43,409 nt of DNA from IMG/VR virus record IMGVR_UViG_3300020005_000015, positions 1-43,409 of that record. One strand, 5' to 3'. A program made the position numbers and the translations under genes. Shown here piece after piece: positions 27,736-36,665 of the stretch (position 1 is its first letter; each line of letters starts with the position of its first letter). The notes beneath the pieces are model-generated. The model was not told the DNA's origin, searched no databases, and saw only the letters and a program-made list of their open reading frames with translations. Origin of the DNA: a virus. Its lineage: Duplodnaviria; Caudoviricetes.

Positions 27736-27826
27736 CTGGATTGATGGATAATTGGATGATTGGATTCATGGAACTCCAGTCCTCCAATCCACCAATCCAC
27801 TAATCCACCAATCCACTAAAGCACCT

Positions 27827-28147
27827 ATGCCAAAATTCATCATCAAAAAAAGCCTGATCCACAAAGGCAAAATCTACGAGCCAGGCGAGGCAATCGCGCT
27901 GGACGATCGCAAGGGCGCCACCGACCTGTTCAACCGCGGGTACATTGACGCCCCAGAGGAGCAACCCCCGCCATCGCTGCCGCCAGCGAGCGGAGCGCCG
28001 GCCTCCGGCCCGGCAACCGCTCCATTGCGCGGCCATCCGGGAGACGCTCTTGGAGAGCGAATTGTTCGGCCGACATCAAACGAGCCGGCCTCAGGCACGG
28101 CGTCTGCAAAACCCGCCGCAACAAAAGCCGACGTCCTCCCCAAATAA
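27827..28147 (+). CDS. Hypothetical virion-associated protein
   Basis: HKGKIYEPGEAIAL N-domain plus Pro/Ala tail. Confidence 0.65.
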   Translation: MPKFIIKKSLIHKGKIYEPGEAIALDDRKGATDLFNRGYIDAPEEQPPPSLPPASGAPASGPATAPLRGHPGDALGERIVRPTSNEPASGTASAKPAATKADVLPK

Positions 28148-28166
28148 TCCACCAATCCACTAATCC

Positions 28167-28529
28167 GTGGCGTTCACGACACCAGACCTGTTGCTCACCG
28201 ATGAGAAGCTCGCGCTACTCACCGCGGCGCTAGCCAACACCGGCCAGACCGACCCGTTGGGCACCGCGATCGCCGAGGGCGAATCCACCGTCGCGCGCTA
28301 CATCGCTGGGTACGACCTGGGGGAAGACGATCGCAAGAGTTTGATTCGGCGGATTGCCTTGCTCAACGCGTACACACTGGCCGGGCCGGTCCCCGACGAG
28401 ATCAGCAAAGCCGGCAACAAAGCCATGGAAGAACTGAAGGACATCCGCGGCTGGGTTGTAGCCGGCCAGGGCAATATCGGCGCAAGCCAGGGCAAGAGCG
28501 GGAGCAACCCCAAGATCAATCCACGATGA
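28167..28529 (+). CDS. Head-tail adaptor (Mu gp36-like)
   Basis: AIAEGESTVARYIAGY...AMEELKDI; position. Confidence 0.75.
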   Translation: MAFTTPDLLLTDEKLALLTAALANTGQTDPLGTAIAEGESTVARYIAGYDLGEDDRKSLIRRIALLNAYTLAGPVPDEISKAGNKAMEELKDIRGWVVAGQGNIGASQGKSGSNPKINPR

Positions 28530-28647
28530 AGCTATTAACCGCAGAGAACGCAAAGAACGCAAAGAAAGGGCACATCAGAGTGGGACAGGCTTCCAGCCTG
28601 TCATCCCTCTCTGCGTTCTCTGCGTTCTTTGCGGTTAAATAATCCGA

Positions 28648-29208
28648 ATGGACCTCACGACACAACCAACCGAGAACCATCTGCGCCCGACCAAAGTCGC
28701 GCTCGACGCCTTGGTGCTCGCGCTCTCGGCGCTACAGTGGGCTGGCCCCTCGGGCAATGAGACCGCCTTCAAGCGCGTCGAATTATTCGACGACCTGGAC
28801 CTGCCCGAAGCCTTCAAACGCCTCCTCCTCACCGAGAGCCGGATCGCGCTGGTGATCTATTCGAGTGACACGTTCGAGACACAGCGCGCCGATCGCCAGA
28901 TCACCATTCGTCGCACACAAGAACTCTACGTTGTGTTCACCGATCGGGTGATGAGCAAACGCATCGAGGCGCTCGTGGGGGCCGCCAGCAATCCGGGCCT
29001 GCTCGCCCTGCGCGACCTGGTGTTGCCGGCCATCACCGGCCTGCTCGTGCCGCAACCGTCCGGCATTGTCTGTACGCCTACGCGCGGGTCGCTGCTGCAG
29101 GTAGAGAATACCGACCGCAAACTCCCCGGCCGCCTGGCGTATCTGCTGGAGATCGAGCTGCAAGGCGGATGGCTGAAGGCGGACGTTGGCAGATCACCAG
29201 TGTGGTGA
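28648..29208 (+). CDS. Tail terminator / Mu gp37-like protein
   Basis: Position and alpha/beta pattern. Confidence 0.6.
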   Translation: MDLTTQPTENHLRPTKVALDALVLALSALQWAGPSGNETAFKRVELFDDLDLPEAFKRLLLTESRIALVIYSSDTFETQRADRQITIRRTQELYVVFTDRVMSKRIEALVGAASNPGLLALRDLVLPAITGLLVPQPSGIVCTPTRGSLLQVENTDRKLPGRLAYLLEIELQGGWLKADVGRSPVW

Positions 29209-29223
29209 AAGGCTGAATGCTAA

Positions 29224-29508
29224 ATGCTGAAGGCTAAAACAAAAACCAGAGTGGGACAGGCTTCCAGCCTGTCAGCCTCCGCGCTCACGCTGCTCGGTGA
29301 ATCGTCGCGGTGCAGAACGCTCGCTGAACAAGCCGCGCTCCGCGCACTGATCGGTCCAATAGACAATCGCCCGGACGAGGCGGAGGCTGCCCGCGCCCAC
29401 GCGATACGCGCCGAGACCTACAAAGCCGCCGCCCGCCTGATCGCCCCCCCACCAATCCAACAATCCAAGAATCCAACAATCCACCAAACCCTACTATGCA
29501 AACTGTAG
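29224..29508 (+). CDS. Small hypothetical protein with repeat-derived termini
   Basis: Helical Ala-rich core between repeats. Confidence 0.4.
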   Translation: MLKAKTKTRVGQASSLSASALTLLGESSRCRTLAEQAALRALIGPIDNRPDEAEAARAHAIRAETYKAAARLIAPPPIQQSKNPTIHQTLLCKL

Positions 29509-30044
29509 CCAGAGGCATCGGCACACACACATGGTTCTTCCGTGACGGCGCCGATTTCACCGTGCCCGGCGCCGGCACCGCCAGCCGGACCAGCAAACCA
29601 TCCGCTGAAGACCCCGCCTGGATCGAGACCGGCATCATCAGCGGTTACAAAACCGATCCCACCAAAGGCAGCGCCACCGTGGAAATCTGGGCGCCTGCCC
29701 CAGGCAGGCTGAGGCTCTTCGATGAGATCGAACTCAAGACCGGGCTCCAACTCGATTTCACTTTCGAGGAAATGAGCCCGCTCGCCTTCGAGCTTGTGTT
29801 CGGCACCCTGCCGCTCGGCCCCAACAGCACACAGTACAATCCGCTTGCTGGCGGCCGGCTGCGCAAAGGCTGGCTGCACGTGCAGCAGTACGACAACGAC
29901 GACGCCCTGTTCAACACGGCCGATTTTTTTGTGGCGTTGAAAGTGGGCGGGCAGATCGATTGGACCAGCGACAGCAAACAAGTGATCGTCCCCGTCATGG
30001 CCGGCGTGCTCCACAGCACCCTCAACACAGGCACGCTGGCCTAG
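29496..30044 (+). CDS. Probable major tail (tube) protein
   Basis: Size, beta-rich composition, upstream of chaperone and tape measure. Confidence 0.6.
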   Translation: MQTVARGIGTHTWFFRDGADFTVPGAGTASRTSKPSAEDPAWIETGIISGYKTDPTKGSATVEIWAPAPGRLRLFDEIELKTGLQLDFTFEEMSPLAFELVFGTLPLGPNSTQYNPLAGGRLRKGWLHVQQYDNDDALFNTADFFVALKVGGQIDWTSDSKQVIVPVMAGVLHSTLNTGTLA

Positions 30045-30140
30045 CAAATTGGATGAATGGATTACTGGATGAATGGATTCATGGAACGCCAGCCAATCCA
30101 CCACTCCGCCAATCCACCAATCCACTAATCCAACAATCCT

Positions 30141-30938
30141 ATGTTACTGCTTGATCCATTCGACACCGCCCCACCGCAACTCATACCCCCGTGGAGCCTG
30201 CAGACAGTTGCGTCGGTGAAAATCGCCATCACAACCAACGAGGACATTGACGAGGTAACAGCCGACGGGAACACCGTCCAAGGCGTCCTCCTCAGCGCCG
30301 CCGCTAACGACGTGGTGTTACTGACGGGCCAGGATGACCCGGCCGAAAACGGCTTCTACGGCGTGGATACAGGCGGCGGAGTGCGCTACGAGAGTGTAGC
30401 GCAATTCATCCGCGCCGTCGGGCCCAACGACGAACTGGGCTACTATGCACAGTGGAAAGTCGGTGTGACGGCTGGCACCAACGCCGGTAAGACTTATTTC
30501 CTCGCAACGCCTGCGCCTTGTCTGTTGGACAATGGCGTGCAAATCCTCGAATTGACCGAGGGCACCCCGCGCGTGAACAACGCCGGCAACTACGACCTCG
30601 CTCCGCCCGAGCTGCGCCCATTGGACACAGACGCGCCGTTCGACCGGACTTACGTCTGCAAGGCGGCGCTCAGCAGCAACGCGGCGCTGCCACTGGCTTC
30701 CGGCCCGATCACCGTGGACGGGATCGAGCTGGAGGTCGGCGATTATTATCTGCTCAAGCTCCAGACTACCCAGGCACAAAACGGCGTGTATGTGGTCAGC
30801 GCCGGCGCGCCGGCCAAGGCGCAAGCCACCGGCCTGGTCCGCGCCCGGATCACCGAAGGCACCAGTGCCGGCAAACAATTCTCCGTGAACCAGGCCACCG
30901 GTGTCGTCACCAGCCTCGCCCCCGCCGTGATCACATGA
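30141..30938 (+). CDS. Virion decoration/fibre-like protein with a duplicated domain
   Basis: VLLTGQDDPAENGFY...VTAGTNAGK repeated as YLLKLQTTQAQNGVY...ITEGTSAGK. Confidence 0.7.
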   Translation: MLLLDPFDTAPPQLIPPWSLQTVASVKIAITTNEDIDEVTADGNTVQGVLLSAAANDVVLLTGQDDPAENGFYGVDTGGGVRYESVAQFIRAVGPNDELGYYAQWKVGVTAGTNAGKTYFLATPAPCLLDNGVQILELTEGTPRVNNAGNYDLAPPELRPLDTDAPFDRTYVCKAALSSNAALPLASGPITVDGIELEVGDYYLLKLQTTQAQNGVYVVSAGAPAKAQATGLVRARITEGTSAGKQFSVNQATGVVTSLAPAVIT

Positions 30939-31054
30939 AGACTTTTTTAACCGCAAAGAACGCAGAGAACACAAAGAAAGAGGCCCAGAGTGGGACAGGC
31001 TTCCAGCCTGTCATCCCTCTCTGCGTTCTTTGCGTTCTTTGCGGTTAACACCCC

Positions 31055-31591
31055 ATGACCATCCTATCACCACAAAAGACCGTCCACGTCGGCGGCATCG
31101 AAGTGACCGTGCGCGATCTGCCCTGGCCGATCATGAAGCAATTCCTGGATCGGCTCTCCCACCAGGTCAGCGGCCTGATCGGCAGCGCCGTGTCCTCGCC
31201 GGACGGGCCAAAAGACGCCGCCGCGATCGGCTCCAAGTTCCTCGATCAACTCCCTGGGCTGGTCGGCAATTCGGTTGAACTGTCCGAATACCTCGTGCTG
31301 GAGACCACAAACCCACCCATCAACCATCAACCAATAACCCTCAACCAACTCACCAGCACAGAATTTCTCACGCTGCTCGATGCTTCGCTCGAAGTGGTGT
31401 TCAACGAGGAGTTCGTAAGGTTGGGAAAAAGCGTGGCCGAGCGCGTGCAGGGGGCATTCAACCTGGGCGGCCCGGCCAGGACAGCGACCGCGCTCTCGGC
31501 CAGGCCATCGACTTCCTCATCTGGCAAGGATGGTCCTACGCGGACACGCGTGGACTCACCTTCGCCCAACTCAAGTTCTTCACCGACCTAG
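31055..31591 (+). CDS. Tail assembly chaperone (gpG-like)
   Basis: Immediately upstream of the tape measure; slippery G GGA AAA at 31423-31429. Confidence 0.75.
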   Translation: MTILSPQKTVHVGGIEVTVRDLPWPIMKQFLDRLSHQVSGLIGSAVSSPDGPKDAAAIGSKFLDQLPGLVGNSVELSEYLVLETTNPPINHQPITLNQLTSTEFLTLLDASLEVVFNEEFVRLGKSVAERVQGAFNLGGPARTATALSARPSTSSSGKDGPTRTRVDSPSPNSSSSPT

Positions 31592-31644
31592 CCTGTGAAC
31601 GTCTCGAGAAAAGCAAAGGCAGCGCGCAGAGAAGACAATTCTAA
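31423..31644 (+). other. Programmed -1 frameshift site and gpGT-like extension
   Basis: The -1 frame is open to TAA at 31642-31644 and encodes AIDFLIWQGWSYADTRGLTFAQLKFF. Confidence 0.75.
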
Positions 31645-31713
31645 AGGCTCAATGCTAAAGGCTAAAGGACCGAACTTCAGCCTTCAGAATTTAGCCTTCA
31701 GCCTTTCCCGACC

Positions 31714-33726
31714 ATGGCCGGCCTAATCCAACTCGTCATCGGCGCACAAAATGCAGGCGCCCTCAGCGGTCTCAAACAAGTCGAAGGCCAGCTTCAGGCA
31801 TTCGCGCAACGCGCGGCGGGTGCGTTGGGCGCGGCGTTCGGCGCAGGCGCGATTCTCGAATTCACGCGGCGCGCGATCGATGCTGCCGATGCCATCGGCA
31901 AGCTCGCACAAAAGACAGGCACAGCGATTCAAGCGATGAGCGGCCTGGGGGCTGTAGCGGCTGCCGATGTTGTCTCGCTCCAGGAATTGCAGATCGGCCT
32001 CAAGGGTCTCTCGGAATGGATGGTCAAGACCGGCCAGGCCGGGCGCGACACAACCGAAGTGCTCCTGGAACAGGCCGACCTCTTTGCGCGGATGCCGGAC
32101 GGGGCGCAAAAAGTGTCGCTAGCTATGGACAGGTTCGGGCGCGCAGGCCAGAACATGATTCCGTTTTTGAACAAGGGCAGCGAAGCGATTCGCGAACAAG
32201 TCAAAGAAGCCGAGGAACTGGGAGCTGTGGTTGGGCCGGCGTTCGCGAAAAGCGCCGAGCAATTCAACGACAACCAGCATCGGGTGGGCCTGGTTGTCCA
32301 GGGCTTTTTCAACCAGATCGCCAAGGAACTTTTGCCCGGCCTCAACAAAATGTTGGAATGGTTCGTCGAGTTTGCCAAACGCAGCGACGGCTTCAAACCG
32401 ATCATCGAGACAATCGTGATCGTGTTCAAAACGCTGGCGATCGCGGCCACGGCGGTGGCGGGCAGCTTCGCTGCGTTAGGGACATTCCTCGGCGAGTTCG
32501 GCGGTGTTCTCTCCGTGACCGGTGATCCGTTTGAAGCCTGGGCGGCCGGCGCGAAGGCTGCCGAAGCGGAGATGTCGAAGATGGACGCAGTCATTGACGC
32601 CATCAACACCAAGGTGCAGGAATCGGACGACAAGGCGCGCGGGAAAGGCGAGGGCGCACCGGCTGCCGGCTCCATGCTGGAGACGCAACAGACTTTCTTG
32701 GCGCATGCTCAACTCCGCGCGGCCAAGATCGCCGGCGACGCGACCCGGACCCAAGCGGACAAGAACGTCATCTTACGGGGCATCTACAAGGAGCAGCTCG
32801 AAGCGATCGAGGGCATCCAGGCTGAGTTGCAGAAACGCGCTCAGGCGGAATTGGTCGCGGGCGAAGATGGCGTGCGCGTGACCCAAGAGTATTTAGCCAT
32901 CCAGGGCGACGTGCTCGCGATGCAGAAACAGCGATTTGAAGTTTCGCAGAAACTGCACGCCATCGAGGCGGACACTTCGTTCGTGACGCGGATGCGCGAC
33001 AATCTGCGCCTTCTCTCCGATGAATGGACCAACTTCGCCCGCAATCTGGCCGACACCTTGACACAGGGTCTCAAGACCGCCATCGACGGCGTCACCAACT
33101 CGATCATGGCCGCCATCGAAGGGACGCAGAGTTGGGGCAAGGCGTTTTACCAGGCGGGCCGCCAGATCATCGCGAGCCTGATCAGCATCACGCTCCAGTA
33201 CGTCGCAGGGAAATTAGCAATGATGGTGGTGGATTCCATTTTCGCCGCAAAGAGCAAGAAGGATTCGGCATCGACCACCGCCGCAAGCGTGCCCGCTGGC
33301 ATCGCCAAAGCCGGCGAGCAAGGTGGTTGGGTGGGAATATTGATTTACATCGCGGTGTTCGCTGCCGCGATCGCAGCGATCATGGGGATTGTAGGAGCGA
33401 TCGCTGGCTTCGCTGAAGGCGGCGTGATCCGCGGCGGCGAGCAAATCATCCGCGTGAACGAACGCGGCCAGGAAGCAATCCTGAACGCGCAAGCCCTCTC
33501 GAATGTAGGCGAGGGGTTCGTGGCCGGGCTCAACGCCGGTTTGCCGATCCACCAAGCCGCCGCCGTCAGTCCCGCCGCGCCGTCGATCAAAAACAATCAA
33601 CAGGTCAACGTCGCCATGTTCAATAGCCAAGCGGCAATGGAGGAATGGCTCAGAAATCACGACGGCCGCGCCGTGGTCGTCGACATCGTCAAGAGCGAGA
33701 TCCACAACATCACCGGACGATCATGA
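31714..33726 (+). CDS. Tape measure protein
   Basis: 670 aa, Ala-rich helical; FGRAGQNMIPFL; FAEGGVI...VNERGQEAIL. Confidence 0.9.
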   Translation: MAGLIQLVIGAQNAGALSGLKQVEGQLQAFAQRAAGALGAAFGAGAILEFTRRAIDAADAIGKLAQKTGTAIQAMSGLGAVAAADVVSLQELQIGLKGLSEWMVKTGQAGRDTTEVLLEQADLFARMPDGAQKVSLAMDRFGRAGQNMIPFLNKGSEAIREQVKEAEELGAVVGPAFAKSAEQFNDNQHRVGLVVQGFFNQIAKELLPGLNKMLEWFVEFAKRSDGFKPIIETIVIVFKTLAIAATAVAGSFAALGTFLGEFGGVLSVTGDPFEAWAAGAKAAEAEMSKMDAVIDAINTKVQESDDKARGKGEGAPAAGSMLETQQTFLAHAQLRAAKIAGDATRTQADKNVILRGIYKEQLEAIEGIQAELQKRAQAELVAGEDGVRVTQEYLAIQGDVLAMQKQRFEVSQKLHAIEADTSFVTRMRDNLRLLSDEWTNFARNLADTLTQGLKTAIDGVTNSIMAAIEGTQSWGKAFYQAGRQIIASLISITLQYVAGKLAMMVVDSIFAAKSKKDSASTTAASVPAGIAKAGEQGGWVGILIYIAVFAAAIAAIMGIVGAIAGFAEGGVIRGGEQIIRVNERGQEAILNAQALSNVGEGFVAGLNAGLPIHQAAAVSPAAPSIKNNQQVNVAMFNSQAAMEEWLRNHDGRAVVVDIVKSEIHNITGRS

Positions 33727-35000
33727 AAAATTTTAACCGCAAAGAACGCAGAGAACACAAAGAAAGAGGACCAGAGTGGGACAGGCTTCCAGCCTGTCAT
33801 CCCTCTCTGCGTTCTTTGCGTTCTCTGCGGTTAATAATTTCCTTTGCTGTGGGATTTTATTTGTGTCCGGCCCACGCCGCCACTGTGACGGGAACAATCC
33901 AGAACGCCACCGGCAGCGGCTACGCCGCGCGCCTCTCCTTCGTCCCGCTCTCCAACCCCCAGGTATTGACCACCAACCTGCTGACCGGCGAAGTCATCAA
34001 CCGCACCTGCGCCGCCAACGGCACGTTCACGATCGTACTGCAGCAAGGCGATTACCGCGTCCAGATCGACAACCGCGACCGGTTCCTCATCTCCGTGCCG
34101 AACAATGCCGACACCCATCAACTGGTGAGCTTGATCACTCAATCGCTGATCTGGCAGTACAAGTTTCCGTTCCTGCCGGTGAACCTGAACGGGTACACCA
34201 ACTCGATCACCAACCTGCACACCCTCTCCGCCAGCAACGGTGTATTCAGCGGGAGCCTGCGCCTGCCGCGCTTTACTCTGGCCCAGCGCGATGCCTACAG
34301 CCCCGCCACCAACGGCCTGATCCTGCTCAACACGAGCGATGGCACGGTGAATTATTACGACGGCACAAACTGGATCACATTGGGCACCGGCAGCGGCACA
34401 GTGAACATCACGGATTTTTCCAGTTACTTCGACACCAACAGCCTCATCACGCCTACGAACCTGGACAACTCACGCATCTCCGCCAGTGCGGCGATCGACA
34501 AATCCAAGATCAGCACCAACGGCACCTGGGCATTGGCGGACATCCCGGCCCTCCCTGAATCGCTCATCACCGGGTTGACTGCGGATTTGGCGGCGAAACT
34601 GAACCACATCGACGATACGGCGACCAACTTGTCTCTGGTGGGCGGTACCGTGACGACCACAAACCTGACCTGGAACACGGAAACCCTCGCGCCATCTGGC
34701 ACGACGAATTTCGTCCTCGATTTCTTATCGCCGCGGACCGCGCTGATCACGGCAACGAACGACGTGAATTGGCTCAACTCAACCAACCGGACTGGCAGCA
34801 CGGGCACAGAACGAAGCAAAAAGGTGCGGGTACTCGCGAGCGGCGCGAATCGGACGGTGACGCTGCACGCCAATTGGATTTTGATCGGATCGACCAGCCG
34901 CACCTTGACAGTGACCAATGGAACGTGGGCCGTGATGGCCCTGGATAACGCTGGCACATCCGAAACCAACGTGTTCGTTGGAGCGATTTACGCGCAATGA
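33723..35000 (+). CDS. Tail fibre-like Thr/Asn-rich protein with a signal peptide
   Basis: LIISFAVGFYLCPAHA; LRLPRFTLAQRDA...GLILLNTSDGTVNYYDGTNW fibre-type motif. Confidence 0.7.
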   Translation: MKNFNRKERREHKERGPEWDRLPACHPSLRSLRSLRLIISFAVGFYLCPAHAATVTGTIQNATGSGYAARLSFVPLSNPQVLTTNLLTGEVINRTCAANGTFTIVLQQGDYRVQIDNRDRFLISVPNNADTHQLVSLITQSLIWQYKFPFLPVNLNGYTNSITNLHTLSASNGVFSGSLRLPRFTLAQRDAYSPATNGLILLNTSDGTVNYYDGTNWITLGTGSGTVNITDFSSYFDTNSLITPTNLDNSRISASAAIDKSKISTNGTWALADIPALPESLITGLTADLAAKLNHIDDTATNLSLVGGTVTTTNLTWNTETLAPSGTTNFVLDFLSPRTALITATNDVNWLNSTNRTGSTGTERSKKVRVLASGANRTVTLHANWILIGSTSRTLTVTNGTWAVMALDNAGTSETNVFVGAIYAQ

Positions 35001-35476
35001 AAAGGCTAAAGTCTAAAATGAAAACCGAACACCCCCGGCTCTGGCTCTGCATTTTAGCCTTTAGCCTTCAGACTTCAGCCTTCTTTGCCCAGAACGGCGA
35101 CCTGGCTGACCCGCAATTCCTCGCTCGGTTGAGCAGCTCAGCGAGCGGGCCGTCATTCCCGTATGACAGCTTCGAGAGCTACTCCGACGCCGCGGTTGTC
35201 AACGCCTTGAACGGCGGCAGTCATTGGAACGGAGCTTACGTTGACAGGTTCTCGCCAACCGGCATTTACGACCTTGACCTTTTGGAGTCCTACTCCGACG
35301 CGGCGGCGGTGGACGGACTCAACGGCGCCGACCTTGGCTTCAACGGCGCCTACGTCGGTCGCGATGGACTGTTTGGGATCAAGGCCAACGACGATTGTGA
35401 ATCCTACACAGACGGCGCGTCCTTGAACGCGTTGAACGGCGGGTCGGATTGGGGTGGGGCTTACGTGGACAGATGA
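34997..35476 (+). CDS. Signal-peptide protein with three ~38-aa repeats
   Basis: ESY(S/T)D..A....LNG...(W/F).GAYV.R three times. Confidence 0.7.
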   Translation: MKRLKSKMKTEHPRLWLCILAFSLQTSAFFAQNGDLADPQFLARLSSSASGPSFPYDSFESYSDAAVVNALNGGSHWNGAYVDRFSPTGIYDLDLLESYSDAAAVDGLNGADLGFNGAYVGRDGLFGIKANDDCESYTDGASLNALNGGSDWGGAYVDR

Positions 35477-36342
35477 AGACTATGAAAAACCAATCAATGT
35501 TCAACCGGCGCGGCTTCATCAAACGCGGGGCGCTGTTTTTGCCGGCAATCTTCCTGCCGCGGATCGGCGACAACCCGATCGTCGTCGAGCTGTTCAATCG
35601 CGATGGCAGCGAGGTGTTTCATGTGCCACGATCCTGCGGTCTGCAAGCCGCGTCCGTCATCAAGGCGCGGACCTTTTCGAGCGTCGTCGATAATCGGATT
35701 CGGTTGACCAACTCCAATTTTGCTCGGCTATGGAGCACCGACGTTGGCACAAGTTGGACTACCATCTGTGTCGGGTGCCGCATGACGATAGAGGACACGG
35801 GAGCAAATCTCGTTTCCACGCCACGCTTAGCGTTTGGGATCTGTGTTGGCACCTCCAACATTTTCATGGATGCGACGACAACTCATTGGCTCGGGTTCTA
35901 TTCCGTGGACCCGACGTGGCCAAGGGTCAGCGGCTCGCCGGCAACCTATGCAATGGCCGACGCTACGACGGCGCCGCTTTTTAGTAAGAGAATCACTTCC
36001 ACGATCACAAGCGCAGGAACGCAAACGGCAAATCCACGGCTGTGCGATTGCTCCACGGCGAACAGATCTGCCTTCTTTATGTATATTACCAAGGGCAGCC
36101 CCAATTTCACCGGGAGTCTTTTTTGCCGTGGCGGGACTACAGCAAGTGACGTGAGTCTGGCAGAATATTTGGCAGCCTTGCCGTTGAGCTCTCCCTCAAT
36201 CACAAACCACAGCAATGCCGGCAATGTAACCTTGGCAATCGACGAAGGTGCCAATGGCTCATTCAACGCGGTGAACATTGCGTGGGACCGCACTTCACCA
36301 GCGATCGAGTTGAGCGACCTCGCGGTGGTCAAATTGGCCTGA
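35473..36342 (+). CDS. Beta-rich protein with a Tat-like signal
   Basis: FNRRGFIKRGALFLPAIFL; ATGA-coupled start. Confidence 0.7.
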   Translation: MKTMKNQSMFNRRGFIKRGALFLPAIFLPRIGDNPIVVELFNRDGSEVFHVPRSCGLQAASVIKARTFSSVVDNRIRLTNSNFARLWSTDVGTSWTTICVGCRMTIEDTGANLVSTPRLAFGICVGTSNIFMDATTTHWLGFYSVDPTWPRVSGSPATYAMADATTAPLFSKRITSTITSAGTQTANPRLCDCSTANRSAFFMYITKGSPNFTGSLFCRGGTTASDVSLAEYLAALPLSSPSITNHSNAGNVTLAIDEGANGSFNAVNIAWDRTSPAIELSDLAVVKLA

Positions 36343-36352
36343 CCAGGACGTC

Positions 36353-36607
36353 ATGAAACCTGGCAACGGACACTCCGCCACGCGGACCCGTGAGCAAAAG
36401 AAGGCGCTCCGCGAAGCCTACAAACTGTTGGCCGCAAATTTTGCGCACGTGCTCATCGTGTGCGCCACAGTGGAGGAGCACCAGACCGAGCAAGGGCCTG
36501 ACCCGGATGTGTGTTGGTCTGGAGGCTGGTTGATGGCCGATTGCCTGGCGCGCTTTGCCCTGCGGCGCACCGACCATCGGCACCACTTCAAATCCGAACC
36601 GCCATGA
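36353..36607 (+). CDS. Hypothetical protein
   Basis: AGGA RBS; open frame. Confidence 0.55.
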   Translation: MKPGNGHSATRTREQKKALREAYKLLAANFAHVLIVCATVEEHQTEQGPDPDVCWSGGWLMADCLARFALRRTDHRHHFKSEPP

Positions 36608-36665
36608 GTGCTAGCCGCACGGGCCACCAAAAGAGTGGGACAGGCTTCCAGCCTGTCTTCAATGC

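Larger units (their letters stand above)
12359..33834. repeat. Family A: 9-mer-period inverted arms TTAACCGCAGAGAACGCAAAGAAC...GCGTTCTTTGCGGTTAA (7 dispersed copies)
   Basis: 12359-12432, 12686-12931, 17206-17285, 23595-23683, 28535-28638, 30947-31048, 33733-33834. Confidence 0.95.
8778..35082. repeat. Family C: heptamer arrays (AAGGCTR)n...(TTYAGCC)n (8 dispersed copies)
   Basis: 8778-8807, 9043-9110, 16401-16476, 16767-16838, 26034-26122, 29209-29238, 31643-31706, 35001-35082. Confidence 0.9.

Noticed and set aside
11941-33834. Family A/B repeats as a CRISPR array
   Set aside because: Copies are dispersed inverted pairs with no regular repeat-spacer period, and there are no cas genes.
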